DNA of 64,000 nucleotides. Source: Neoechinorhynchus agilis. Lineage: Eukaryota > Animalia > Acanthocephala. The stretch lies in the NCBI GenBank assembly GCA_051530055.1, contig CM121342.1, positions 14,895,480 through 14,959,479 on the forward strand, in the 5' to 3' direction. Position 1 is the first letter of the stretch; each line of letters starts with the position of its first letter. Both the position numbers and the translations under genes were made by a program. Positions 49,819 to 62,559 of the stretch are shown here, one piece after another. The notes under the pieces are model-generated. The model did no database searches and was not told the DNA's origin. It was given only the letters and a program-made list of their open reading frames with translations.

Positions 49819-51309
49819 TCATTCCGCGCCACTCCATTGGGCCGTTGTTATCACGCTTGCCGTGTTGCCCCGTTGAATAGCCACACTCAAGCGTTGGATG
49901 AGGTAGTTCCTTTGTCTGTGATCTCCGCTGGCTTTTATGAGTAGTCGGCCTATCTCCGTGCAAAATTTCTTTGCCGAAACTCCAAATGCCCCATTTGTCT
50001 CCACACCGAAAGGAAAGAATAGGTGAGTCTTTTCCAGCTCAGCGTATTTCGCTGTCTTCCTCCTTTCGGCCGCCGTCGCAGCTCCTCCCGGTCCTGATAT
50101 TGCATCACTTCGGTTGGAGGGTGCTAACGAATCGACGCATGTGGCGTCCCAGATAAGGCATTTTCCCTCTTTCCACGGGAATATGGTCATCCCATCGGGA
50201 CGTTTGCCATCTGAGCGACACAGGTGGTTCGGCTCTAATAGGGTCGGGACATTTAATGAGTGGAGCGTCCTGCTAATAATGTTGTTTAACTCCGCGTGTC
50301 TCGCCAATCGACCACCAGATCGTTTACAAAGAAGGCAATGTCTACCTGACTGGTCAACTGCTGAACCACATCGACATTTGTGGGGTATGAGTAGAGGTAT
50401 GCCAAGCCTCAACCCGATAACCACCCTCACCGACTCGTCGTCAAGGTGTGTGCCTAAAGGTCTGATTGGCAGCGCATTTAACCAAGCGCCAGACTCCTTA
50501 GAAGAGCTCGCCACTAGCCGTGTTTGAGACACCGAATCGAGATGCCCTTTCAAGGAATTATAGGCTCTCTCTACGAGGGGTTTATCCCAAACAGGCTGTT
50601 TGTGGCCATTTTCTGGAACTTGATCAAGATCGGTCTTGATGAGCCACGAGGAAACTCCACGACGTTCGACATCATCCGTCGAGATATCGGTCTGCTGCAA
50701 TATAACATTGGTTATATTTTTTGTTTTGGTGACCGATGCGAGGAAAGCTGGAAGTGCTAATTCGACTACGCTCCGAAGGCCCAATCCACCGTATTCTATA
50801 GGCAGTATTGCTTGTTGCCATGCCTCATTTGAAAGCTGGGAGTTCGTGATGCGTTGTAGTTGTCTCCTCAGCATTGAATCAATCTGTCGAAGCTTATGTG
50901 AGTGCTCGAAGTATGGAGCCGCTCTTAACTTATACAGCATTTTTGGCATGCATAAACAATTCCTCAAAAGGAATAGGGCTTCATGAGAGCCAAGCTCACA
51001 CGTTCGACTGCACAAACGTTCCAAATCAGGCAATACTTCATCGATTTCCCTCTCAACGTTCGAACTAAGGACACAGCTACCAAGAAGAGAGAAACGATCC
51101 GGTTCAATGAGTCGTATTCCCGGAGCGATATCAATAAAGAAGCTGTAAATTGCATCTCTATCCGATTTGTTTGCATTGATTAGCATTAGCTCACATTTCG
51201 ACGAGTTCACAGTTAATCCAATTTTCGATGTGGCGATGATCAGCCTCTTCAAATCATCTAGGACCACTGGCGGATCTCCACCAATTGTCGCGTCGTCTAG
51301 ACACCACAC
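49819..51309 (-). mobile_element. 5'-truncated CRE-like non-LTR retrotransposon, uninterrupted 496-codon ORF (RT C-half, Zn knuckle, REL)
   Basis: WCLDD (YxDD site), KCEL, LPIEYGGLGLR, CRC..H..C, RHAELN, RPDG..WDAT, RKTAKY, GVET.GAFG, AIQRGN. Confidence 0.92.
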
Positions 51310-51530
51310 GTTTAGTTTTGTGCTAATTCGCTTTTATAAAGTTCTTTTAAAATCGTTGCGGATATTTCTCTCGAAAGAATCTATTATGCCATCGGAAGTT
51401 GGAATGAACTTCATTTCGATCGAAAACAAATGAATCTATTGGCTATGTTTAAGTGTTTGTAACTTTTCATATAAAGAATGGCCGCTTCGTCGACTTTGGG
51501 ATTTGATTAAATGATATGGATTTCCATGTA

Positions 51531-54500
51531 GAAGCAACTGATAAATCGAAAATTTGTCTCAACAAATAACGAACTACTTTTGTGTATTTGTAGATTGCAT
51601 AAAATGGAGCCGATTTCATTGGTGGAAATAGAGGTGAGTGTTACGAATTTCGAACTAATAATGAACAATGGGATTATCAGCCGGTTGATCATGCATTTGA
51701 TGTTATTGATTTTACAAATGTATCTGATTTCGAAAGGTTCTCACATGGTTTTAAAAGTCAAACCCATGCTTTTGATTAGGTTAGTTGCTAAGCTTCAGGA
51801 AATTATATTGAACTGGTCATTGAACTGTAATGACGAAATTCAAGTCGAAATAACGAGCGTAACCAATATTTGTCTTTATTGGCTTTGTCACTTCTCATTC
51901 TGAATTCAGGACTTTTCATCCGGTGAATGGCACGAAAGGACTGAAGTTTTCACGTTTATGTCCAAAGAAATCACTGCCCAGCACTTCTTTTTGAAAAAAT
52001 CATCTAATTGTATGGACCGAAGTGCGACCTATAACCACCGAGATTCGCTGGCGTCAACACTAAACCAGTTCAATGATTTTCCCCTGCATGCACCTCCATT
52101 GGCTCATTGGTTTGGTCTATGCGAGTTCATGATCATTACGTCGGACGATGCTGAACGGACAATGAGTGCTGTCTCCGTCGCTCTGCTCAACACGAAATGC
52201 GCGGTAGCCACATTTGTACAAACCTATACGATGGTGGATTGTATGGCTGGAATGTGCTTGAACAATGGATTCCGTACTACGTTCAATATTCGTCATATTG
52301 GTCCCCAGACACACGAACCTCCTTCGTTTGCAGAATTAGCGAGGATATTCGAGCAAAAGTTGGTATGTATCGCTCTTATTTAAAGATGAGTTCAGCATTA
52401 GCTTAAAAAAAGGATGTTGCTCGCGATCCAAATGCTGTGTATACTGTAGCCAGTAGACTAAACTTTGAACGAGACAATCTTTCCGCTGATTGGTACTCAT
52501 TGTATCCACTGGCAGCAGCTCTCGGCAAACAACCGAGTCGTTATGCTTCAGCATTAGTAAATGTCCCTTCAGTCAATGACGTTCTGACAAAAACTAAAAG
52601 TCATTCATTATTTCCTATTGGAATCTCTCGAGAATCTATAAAGTTAGTATACATGTCTTTAAAATTCATGTAATTTATACGTGTTCAATCTATACTGAGT
52701 AGGTCCATACGCTTGCAGATTAAAATGCCGTACTTTACAAACCACTACGACGTTGTGAGTGAAAACGTTAATCCTTCACAAGCTCAAGAATGGGTCATTT
52801 CAATTGAACGAAGCGCGAATTTACAGGAAAATCTTTGCTCTCGCATGTTTTTTAAAAAGCTGATTGAAATAATCAATAGCGATTACTCTAAAGGTATGTT
52901 TGAAAATAATTTGCTCGAAAAGGATGTAGCACAGTTTTATCGGTCAGGTTAACAATATTAAAGCATGCAGTGAGATATTTTAGTCGATAATTCGTACATG
53001 ATCTTTGGGTCGCTTAAGAAGATTTTATCTGTGGTCGAAATCGGTATTTTGATTAAAATGGGTGATAGTACTGCTAACTAGAAATTGTATTTAAAATAGT
53101 GACATTAAATTACCATTATCTTGTACATCTATTGATTCTAAAAATTGCTTGTGATGACTTTGTTTAAGAGATCGAAAATGTTGATGATTCATCGAAAAGG
53201 ACATCCATTGCATCCTTGGCTATGGATTATGGACAAACGGGTATCAGAGCCGTCTCAAACACAAGCTTTCATATTGTAAAAAGGTTCGCAAATAAAGTTG
53301 GACAAAAAGCTTGGAATTTTATTTCAAAGAGACCCGCCTATTATGAAAGTGAAGTGGAATCTTTGGTAAATGTGAGTACTTCGGTTTAATTTCTCGTGCA
53401 GTAAACGGATTCATTTATTCTATCAGTAATGAAAATTTTTTATATTATCTCTTAGTTTTGGTTATTAGGGAACACTTTTCTCACGACCATAATGTATTAA
53501 AGAATGTTCCTTTTTTATTTGCAAGAATCTAAAAAATCTTGAATTCTCGATCATATTTAATAATCTAAATTTTCTCATTCATCAAAGATAACATTTATAT
53601 AATAGGGTTTATTCTCGATACCAGTCAATTCGAAGTCACTGAACGGAACCGAATTTAAATCGGCACCGGCTAATTCGTTTTGCTACAATCTCGCGATACT
53701 GGTTACTCACTTATTAAACGAAGTCGATTTTGTCAGCCAAGCTTCTCAGCTCCTTACTATAATGTGCAATGCAATTCTAAATGGACTCGAATACTATATT
53801 GGCTCACAAACTGAGATATATTCGTATGTATACTTTTTCAGTTCAATATAAAGCATCTGATAATCAACAGTGTAAAAGGAGAGCCAAGTGATCAATTCTG
53901 TTCGTTTTACCAATTACTTCAATTGGCCAATTATTGCATTCGATCCTGGAATCGCCGTGATGAAGTGGGCATTAGTGAGATGCTGATGGACAAAGCCACA
54001 ATATTTGACAGCATTCACGGCGAAGCTAGTGGTCGAGCGAACAAGTTCGGCGATGAAAAATCGACTTTTGATGGAGCTCAATTGTATATCCCGAAACTAA
54101 AGGTTAGAAACATAAAGTCATTATTTCTAATTATGAAGATTTAATTTCCATTTAATTGCATGCGACGCGTGAATACTTACCTGGCAAGCTTATTCATGCG
54201 AACTACATTGGACTCGTTCGATTTAGGATTCATCGATTATTACTCCGGATATACACCAAATTCTATTATCATCTAATTTCGAATCGGATTCCTTATTTGT
54301 TGAAATCCTGAAGTCGGACATGGAAGCGTTTAAAGCAGCGAATCCGTGGTCGTCGATATACGATTTTATACGATGGTATTCACCTCGCGACGCATTTCTG
54401 AATCAAGATGGATATTGGGAGTTGAGTGAGCGCATGAGTACTCCAGGGAACATTTGGGAAACTACGTGGGATGACGCTGATGCAGTGAGTGCAGAAGAGC

Positions 54501-55571
54501 AATCTAGATTTCTGGATTTCCTTCAAGGACCGAATACTGTAGGAATCGTTAAATCTTATCACTCAACGAATCCCAATTCTTTTTAGCTTGCCAATATATT
54601 CAAAGTTATCACACCTGCAAATTTGCTGGCGTTTCTTCTTCCTGTCTGCATCCAACTGTGGTGCCAACAAATAGAAACAGAAGGTTTTTAAAAAGGTCCC
54701 TTTTCTATCTAACACAAATAAGCGTAGCGAATGAGTTCGGATTGGAAGTAGACGAGGATATATTCACCGAAGCAAAAATGTTTAGTATTCTTTGACTTTC
54801 AAAGTTATCTTTTCACATCAACGTTATTGCAAGCTACTTTTTAACACTTTTGTCTTATTTTGTATCAATAATTCCGATGACGCCGACTTTTACTGCGCAA
54901 ACCATTAAAATTATAGAGAAAGTAAAAGCTAAAATCGTGCGAATGCATTAATTCTGAGAGCAATATTTCTGCAATTTCGAATGGCTTTGAAAGTCAAAGA
55001 GCAAACAGGCGTTTGGATTTGATAAGCTCTCAACCGATATAACCGAAAAATTGGTTCGTTAGTACAATTATGTTGCAGATTTTCAAACACTTCATCTAGG
55101 AACATTTACGTGATCGAGTAGGTAGCATTGAAGTCGACGTTGCAGTTTTACGAGACATTTACCACAACTTAAAACTAGATGTAGATTTTTGTATAAAATG
55201 AGTAAAGAATTCAATCTTAAAATTTTTAGAGAAAAAGTAAACCCCATAGAGAGTTTGCTAAAAATCTAGCTAAAGATGGAAGCGTGAATTTGTCCAAGGA
55301 AATGCACGAGGATTTAATGGAGAATCACGTGAAGAGAGCGTTTTATAGCGAGCAAGAGGTATTCGTACGAGTTCGAATTCGATTAAAATAATCAAATCTC
55401 ATTTTGAACAAGAATGCTTGGATGGGACCTCAGTATCGCGAATATATATTTCGATCAAATCTATCTCGCCCAAAGTCACAATCAAGGTCATCACCTCAAC
55501 GGATGTACTGCCTCATTTCACAGACGGAACTACGATTATGTGGAGCTTTCACAAGTGATAACCAATGCTGA
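51531..55571 (+). CDS. RAB3GAP1: Rab3 GTPase-activating protein catalytic subunit, multi-exon; first exon not resolved
   Basis: LAHWFGLCEF..SVALLNTKC..FVQ, DMEAFKAANP..DFIRWYSPRD..LSERMSTPGNIW..W, and C-terminal REYIFRS..PQRMYC..RLCGAFTSD*. Confidence 0.88.
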
Positions 55572-56142
55572 GAGAGATTCTATATAAATAGAAGTTGAAA
55601 CATTTTTGATGTTACATGAAAAGGTGATTAATCGGCAAATCATTTCCCAAAAAAGTCAACAGTTATCATCTTGTACATTTTAGTCTTAGTTTTTAAGGTC
55701 AATAGACCAAGGAAATTCTTTAAGGAATTGAAACAAACCTATTCAAACTATAACTTCGGTTTACACCGCAATATGAATCGCAGACGACACATTTCGTCAA
55801 CCTGGGGTTTTAATAAAAATTCCACTTGATATTTTTATAATGAGTGATGCCCACATTATCAGAAAAAAGCTCTTATAAATTTGCCGTGGTTCGTAAAACA
55901 TGTAGAATGCAAATACAGTAGACCGATCGTGGTTGGTTCACGAAACGAAAAACGTAAAAGACTCACTCTGGTAGCCCGAAGGAAGATTTAACCTGCGAAA
56001 CTCTTACTGACATTTCAGATGTTCTATAGTGTGGCTCTTTTACAACGTATCTACGTTCATAAACTCGGACATAAGTTTATATTCGAAAATATTGATTTGA
56101 GACGAAAACAAGAATGAAACTGCTTAGACAAAGTCACTTTTA

Positions 56143-58459
56143 CTAGTCTGATCGGACGTAGAATTCGTCTAGGATTTCTTTTGGGATGCGTTTTAGCATT
56201 TCACGCGGAAATGTGCGCAACAGGTCCCATGCCATATTCAGCGATTCCTCTATCGTCCTCGTTTCATTAAATCCTATACAAATAAGTGCAGCAGTCTTTT
56301 TCGAGAAAAAGGATTGCTAACCTTGACTTATGAATTTCTTCTCAAATAACGTCAAAAAATCCAAGTATACGCGATCCTCCGACGTCAGTGATTCTTCGCC
56401 AATTACCATTTTCATGTCTTGAACTTCTTTTGCTATCGCATAATTTGCATACTATTGTGAATTGGATGTCAATAGAATACGAGAATAGAAAGGATCAGTG
56501 TAATTGTTTAGGATTATACAAAGGGCACAAAAAGGGAATCCAATTAGATTCGGTATGACGTAAAAAAATTAAAGGAATTTAGTAAATCTGATATTTCGGC
56601 ACAATCGGATACGCCTTTATTAAGGTTGTAAACATTTAAACAATAAGTTCCTTTAATTTTTACGCCACAAACAAGCATGAATAGTTCGATCATTCTTTTG
56701 ATTGTACAAATATGTATTAGCGGTTCGCGTCCCTATGACTTACCAATTGGTTTGAAACGTCCGCATGGTCAATTCTGGTCATTCCTTCTCCAACAGCTGA
56801 TTTCATCAATCGTGAGAGTGATGGCAACACATTAATAGGAGGATATATCTGTTTAGAAAGTAATTTGAATATTACATCGAAAATTGCTTACCTGTCGGTT
56901 GTGCATCTGACGGTCAACATATATTTGTCCTTCAGTAATGTAACCAGTAAGATCCGGTATCGGATGAGTGATATCATCATTGGGCATAGTCAAAATCGGT
57001 ATTTGTGTAATGGATCCATTCCGCCCAGCTACTCGGCCAGCACGCTCATAGATTGTTGCCAAGTCTGTGTACATGTATCCTGGGAATCCACGGCGACCTG
57101 GCACTTCATCTCTGGCAGCCGAAACCTCTCTAAGTGCTTCAGCGTAAGAGGTCATATCACAAAGGACTACAAGAACGTGTTTTTCGCATTGATAAGCTAA
57201 AAACTCGGCTGTCGTGAGAGCAAGACGGGGTGTAATGATCCTCTCAACCGTAGGATCACTTGCAAGATTCAAAAAGAGACACGTGTTTTGCATCGATCCA
57301 CTTTCCTCAAAGTCTTTCTTAAAAAATCTAGCAGTGTCGGTATTAACACCCATGGCAGCAAAGACGATTGCGAAATTGTCATTACTTGTATCACGGACAT
57401 TAGACTTTGAAGAATTCTTGACCAGACCAGCTTGACGACAAATCTGAGCCGCGATTTCATTGTGAGGTAATCCAGCCGCAGAAAATATCGGAATCTTTTG
57501 GCCTCTAGCGATTGAATTCATAACGTCGATCGATGATATTCCTGTTTGAATCATCTCTTCTGGATATTCGCGAATGTAAGGATTTATTGGGAGACCATTA
57601 ATATCCAGATAATCCTCAGCGATGACGTTAGGGCCTTGGTCCATTGGCTTACCAGATCCATCAAATATCCTCCCTGCAACTCACATTAAAATTATAAAGT
57701 GAGCTCAGGATTCGAGCTATGGGTTAACTAATACTGATGAAAAAGTGATAAACCCAATTAAAAGCCCAAATATTAAGCTTTCGGCATTTATCACAAAGAT
57801 AGCGTTCAGTTTTCATATAAAACCTTCCAAGAAATAGTAAAATCTTTAAAACAAATGCATTATAAAAATTGTGTAAAAAAAGAATTTAATTGGAACTCAA
57901 AAATAATCGTTTAAATAGCTCGACATGGATTCGTTGGATCACAAAATCCCAGACGTACTTTAAATGGTTAAAACAACACGCTCAGGTAAATTTTGCCTGA
58001 TTTAAAAAAGTAGCTCTAACCTAGCATATCTTCAGAGACCGGTGCTCGCATGATATCTCCAGTGAATTGACAAGTCGTTCTCTGTGTATCCACCCCAGCA
58101 GTTCCTTCAAATACCTATATCGAAATTTTGGGGGATTTTTATAAGGTGATGTTGTCTGATCTGTACTGACCTGAACTACTGCAGTTGTCCCAGAAACTTC
58201 GAGAACCCTCCCAACACGCGTGGAGTTGTCTGGTAGGGTTACCTCGACAATTTCAGAAAATTTTGGGGCCTTAGAAGAGAAGACGTTGAAATCGTTCCTA
58301 ACAATGCGACTTACAATCACATGGTCGAGGATAACCAAAGGCCCATTCACTCCAGTTATTGTTCTATAGGCTACAATCATCAGGGAAAATTGCCAAGTAT
58401 TTATAGGAAAGGTATGGACTTATTCTGGGTTTCACCACGTAGTCTTTAGTTACTGCCAT
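56143..58459 (-). CDS. ATP6V1B: V-type H+-ATPase V1 subunit B, multi-exon, divergent
   Basis: [146 protein letters not shown]. Confidence 0.95.
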
Positions 58460-59799
58460 GATGTGGTCCAAAGACACTGCCATCTATAAGAATGGCGATT
58501 TTTACAATTGAGTGAAGACTTCACTGGATAGCTAGTTGGCTCAAATGTATTAGTTAAATTTGTTGTTTTGGTCTTCAAGCGGTGGAGAACGTCTCGTCGA
58601 ATTCAGTACTCCATCGGGCGAAGACAAAAACAACCAATTTGATTAATTGCTGTGGTACATTACATATCGACGATGCAAGACTCCGATTAATTATGACTTA
58701 TATTCCGTAATCGATCGCGTAAATCACAACAATACGAGAGATTATTTTTGGGATAATACGTAAATAGAATTCCAATCAAATAATATGCGGGAGTCGGTTC
58801 GTTTGGACTGAGGATGAAAAATAAGTGTCAATCGGTTGAATGTTTCTCTTTTGTCTACCTGAGTGGTGGAAATAGCTGTTAAATTAGGTCGCTAACGATT
58901 GCAATATTGTGTTTAAAGGTGAACTCAAAGAATTTGATAAGATAACTGCGACAAAAAAGTGTAACAACAAACATAAAATGAGCAATCACAAGTCATTATA
59001 AAGATAGAATTCAAAAATTTTAGTATTTTGGGCCGAAAATTTGCCCGAATATTAAGTTGGAAAAATAAATGGACAAAATTGGTTACAACGTACTACATTG
59101 GTCGAAATAAAGCTCTAAATTCGCAAAATGTAAATATATGTACCCTGGAAGCACGGAAAAAATTGAATTTCGATTAGATTAATTTACAACCTTAATAAAC
59201 GCGTACAAGATTGTGGTTCCGAAATATCGGATTTAATAAATTCTTTTAATTTTCACGCCACAAACAAGCATGAATAGTTCAATCTTCAAACATAAGATTT
59301 TGCGGACGGTGGTCATTGTATCATAACTAACAAATAAACGTTCTTTTTTAAAAAAAATCTTCAAACTGTATTAGATAACATCAAAGATTATTGATAGGAT
59401 ACCAAAAGTTGACCATTAAGTAAAAGGAAAATTAAAGATTGCAATTAACTATAACAGTTTTTAACCTGAAGATCATTCTTATTTAGCACTATTGAAAGAA
59501 TCTTGTAAAATTCTACCTGATTTTCCAGTTACCAAATTGATCAAGTTTTCGTTTTAAATGGACACTTGGGCGTGCCGTTGTAACGATAAAGGAAAAAGTT
59601 TTTTATTCTAAAGTTTTCGCCGTCAAGTCTGAACTATTAAAAGAAGTGAATCGCTGTTTAATTTTCTAGTTTTTCGGATACATTCCCAAATATCAGACGA
59701 AATTGTATTGGACTGATGACTGAATGAGCTTGGAATAAAATTTCATAGGATTACAGCGCGGTGATTTTGGAAATCGATCCAGTGTAAAAATTTTCTCTG

Positions 59800-60810
59800 C
59801 AAAATTAATTTAACGAAAGCATTGATTTAGAGAAAATTCATCATGCCGACTGAATGATCTGTGATTACTCAATAATAAAACAGGATGGATTTTTAGCTCC
59901 CCTTTGTAATGATTTGGACGATAAACACTCAGAGATCATACAAATGAGTGAAATTAATTCAGCTATTGATTGTTACGAGTCGTGCATCGTAAAAAAATGC
60001 GAATCAGCCTTTTTCGATGCGTTTCTCCGTGTTAAATCAAGACAGAGACACACATTCGACGCTAATGACAAGCGGAGTGAGTCGACGCAAACTGAAATCC
60101 TAGAGCTGAGTTAACCCGCATTACGCAAACTAATCGAAACAGAAGTACATGCTTAAAACAAAATGATATTTCGGTAATCCAATGCGGAATAGCACCTAAG
60201 CGACAGCATGGTTAAAAACGGAATTGAAAAATTTAACCGGCCTTCAGTAAACAAAAAGATCAAAAGTAATCACAATTACAATTTCAAAATTATACCATCG
60301 GATTGAAAAATTGAAGTAAAAGATTGCTGCTCAGTGCAGAACAAAAGTTCACCAATTGAAGGAAAGTCCATTCCTGCGATGACTTTCCGACGATGAAGAA
60401 TCGCATATGCAATATTAAAAAGCGACGCACGTATCCGTTTGATCAAAAAGCGAATACTCCCATCATCTAGACGCTTACTTGAAAGAGATACTGATGGAAA
60501 AATGGCCTAATTCTTGGTCAGCAGTTACGGCATACTTCTAACGAGTGCATTCTAACACTTGATATTCTGACGGGGCGAACTACTTACCAATGAGATAAGC
60601 TTTAGACTGTTGCCAAAATTGTGCCTAATCTGCTCAACCGCACCAATATAGTCGTTTAGAGCGTTCACTCGCCTTTCTCCGCTATTCGTTTCGTATGCAT
60701 GTCAATCTTCATTGAAGTATGCATGGTTGCGTTTCGAATTTTCTCAAGTGCATCAATATTCGAATTCTATTTTAAGTTTTACTGGCAATCCGGTTTTGTT
60801 TTCATCATCA
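59800..60810 (-). pseudogene. Unidentified multi-exon gene or pseudogene fragment
   Basis: Exon-like blocks flanked by AG and GTAAG: LNDYIGAVEQIRHNFGNSLKLISL and NALVRSMPVTADQELGHFSISISF. An upstream block reads DDENKTGLPVKLKIE. The frame appears broken. Confidence 0.3.
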
Positions 60811-60859
60811 ATAAATTTTAGTTTCTCAATTCTTGTCCGGCTTACTTTTTAGGCGTAAA

Positions 60860-60905
60860 GCAAAATCCGGAGGAATGTACAAACTCTTTACCGTATGCAT
60901 CGGTC
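60860..60905 (+). mobile_element. SINE 3' fragment
   Basis: atccggaggaatgtacaaactctttaccgt matches the SINE bodies at 62265-62293 and at 650-680 (minus). Confidence 0.55.
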
Positions 60906-61965
60906 TTTGATTCAGATAAATCTATTTTTCTGAATCAAACATTGAAGAGGGGGCTATCTCCTTTTTGGACGTAAAGATAAAACACGATGATAAAGGCAAC
61001 ATCAAAACACAGCTCTACCGCAAACCAGGTATAGCATGGGGACCACCTCACTAGTCGAGCCACCAACCGTTCCACCATAAAATAACAGCGGCAACGTCTT
61101 ACTTCAAGAGAGCCAGGATGATTTCTTCAGAAAGCAGGGATTCTGAAGAAGAAAAACAAAGTATCACCAAAGTTCTCGGATCACGAGGCTTCCCTGAATA
61201 TGCCATCAAAATCAGTCTGAAAAAGGCAACACATAGCGGCCATCGCAAGAAGAAGGATACCGCAAGCATCCCCCTCAAATACACTGGCTTTAACCACATA
61301 AGTGACAACGCGACCGAAAAACTGAGGCGCCTCAACTGCCTTGCTCCAAATCGTTTGATCTGCAACAAACGGGGCACATCCATTGCGGTATTCTCAAGAG
61401 GAAAACCAAGCAAGAGACCAAATCAGGGATATACAAAATCCTATGTGCAGAATGCCCAAAGGTCTACATTGGACAAACCATGCAAGGGATCAGAAAACGG
61501 ATTTCGCAGCATAAACAAGCTTGCAGGACATTCGACAAATTCTCAGCAATCTCGAACCACCAGCAAACAATCCAGCAGAAGGTGGATTTTGAAAAGGCGA
61601 GATTCATAACCAGCGAACCGGATCTTAGAAGAAGACTGATTCTCGAGGCCATTCACATGGGGGGAAATCCGACGATGGAAGGCAATAAATCAGACCACAC
61701 GCTGGTGCTACCAAAGTTGCGTAGCATGACGGGCAAATTATTCGGCAACAAACCGCAAGAGGTGTGTGCGGATGGAACTCCCCACACTTCGGGTATTAGC
61801 GAACCCGCGGATCTAAGCTACATCCAGACGTGACCGGCTATGCATGCTGTTTATATTGTCTCCATTTTAGATAACAACTGAAGAGGCAAGGAAAACCTTA
61901 CGAAATATTTCTCAAATAAATGAGTAACGAAAACACCAGGGACAGGATTCGCCAACGCGCAATCA
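60905..61965 (+). mobile_element. Penelope-like element 3, 5'-truncated and frameshifted
   Basis: RT thumb (ISFLDVKIK..TQLYRKP), GIY-YIG (IYKILCAECPKVYIGQT..RISQH..ILEAIH) and a terminal hammerhead-like motif. Confidence 0.88.
61878..61910 (+). ncRNA. Degenerate hammerhead motif
   Basis: CUGAAGA-G-GCAAGG-AAAA-CCUUAC-GAAAUAUUU. Stem II has one mismatch (the copy at 11175 has ttgc, which restores it) and stem I pairs poorly. Confidence 0.55.
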
Positions 61966-62092
61966 AATTCACCCCGAGGACATTGATATATGACATTAAA
62001 AATTTAATGATGATGAAAACAATACTGGCTTACCAGTAAAACTTTAAATAGAATACAGCGCTTACCCTGAGTCGAAAAACTGACTGAGTTTG

Positions 62093-62365
62093 ACATTCCG
62101 TAGTTGTGTCGAGGTGATCAAGTGGACTAATGCTTTTGATCCAAGTTGAGGGTCAACTGGTTCGAATGCCTCACCGCCAATGACGCACAACCAAAGAGGA
62201 CGAGATACCGCTGAAGGGAGGAAACTCGCTGATGAGTCCCGCCTCCTCGGGAGGTATCTGAGAATTCGGAGGGATGTACAAACTCTTAACCGTGTATTAG
62301 AGACTATGTGGTTATATCATTTCTCTGGTGCAATTTGGTTTGGCTTTATGCCTAAAAAATAAGCC
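62093..62365 (+). mobile_element. tRNA-derived SINE, copy 2
   Basis: A-box-like TGATCAAGTGG (62115-62125), B-box-like GGTTCGAATGC (62159-62169), and a body homologous to 595-828. Confidence 0.8.
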
Positions 62366-62559
62366 AAAAGAAGGGAGAAACTAAAATTTAATTATAATAT
62401 TGGTATAAAGTAATCGTATTAATGGCTTGTAGCGTTCACTCGCGTTGTTCCACCATTCGTTTCGTATTCACATCCTTGTTCTTTACGCTGGTCATTAATG
62501 ATTATCGAATTTGCTCAAGCGCATCAACATTGATATTTACTATGCGTATTAATTGTTTG

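Noticed and set aside
37960-51200. Dozens of short overlapping and antisense ORFs
   Set aside because: They are shadow frames of GC-richer retroelement coding sequence and have no independent support.
59854-60114. 86-aa plus-strand ORF as a gene
   Set aside because: No homology recognised, and splice signals in the region favour a minus-strand exon chain.
62228-62250. Hammerhead ribozyme in the SINE (CUGAUGAGUCCC)
   Set aside because: No stem II closure or GAAA follows it, and copy 1 has CCGAU at this position.
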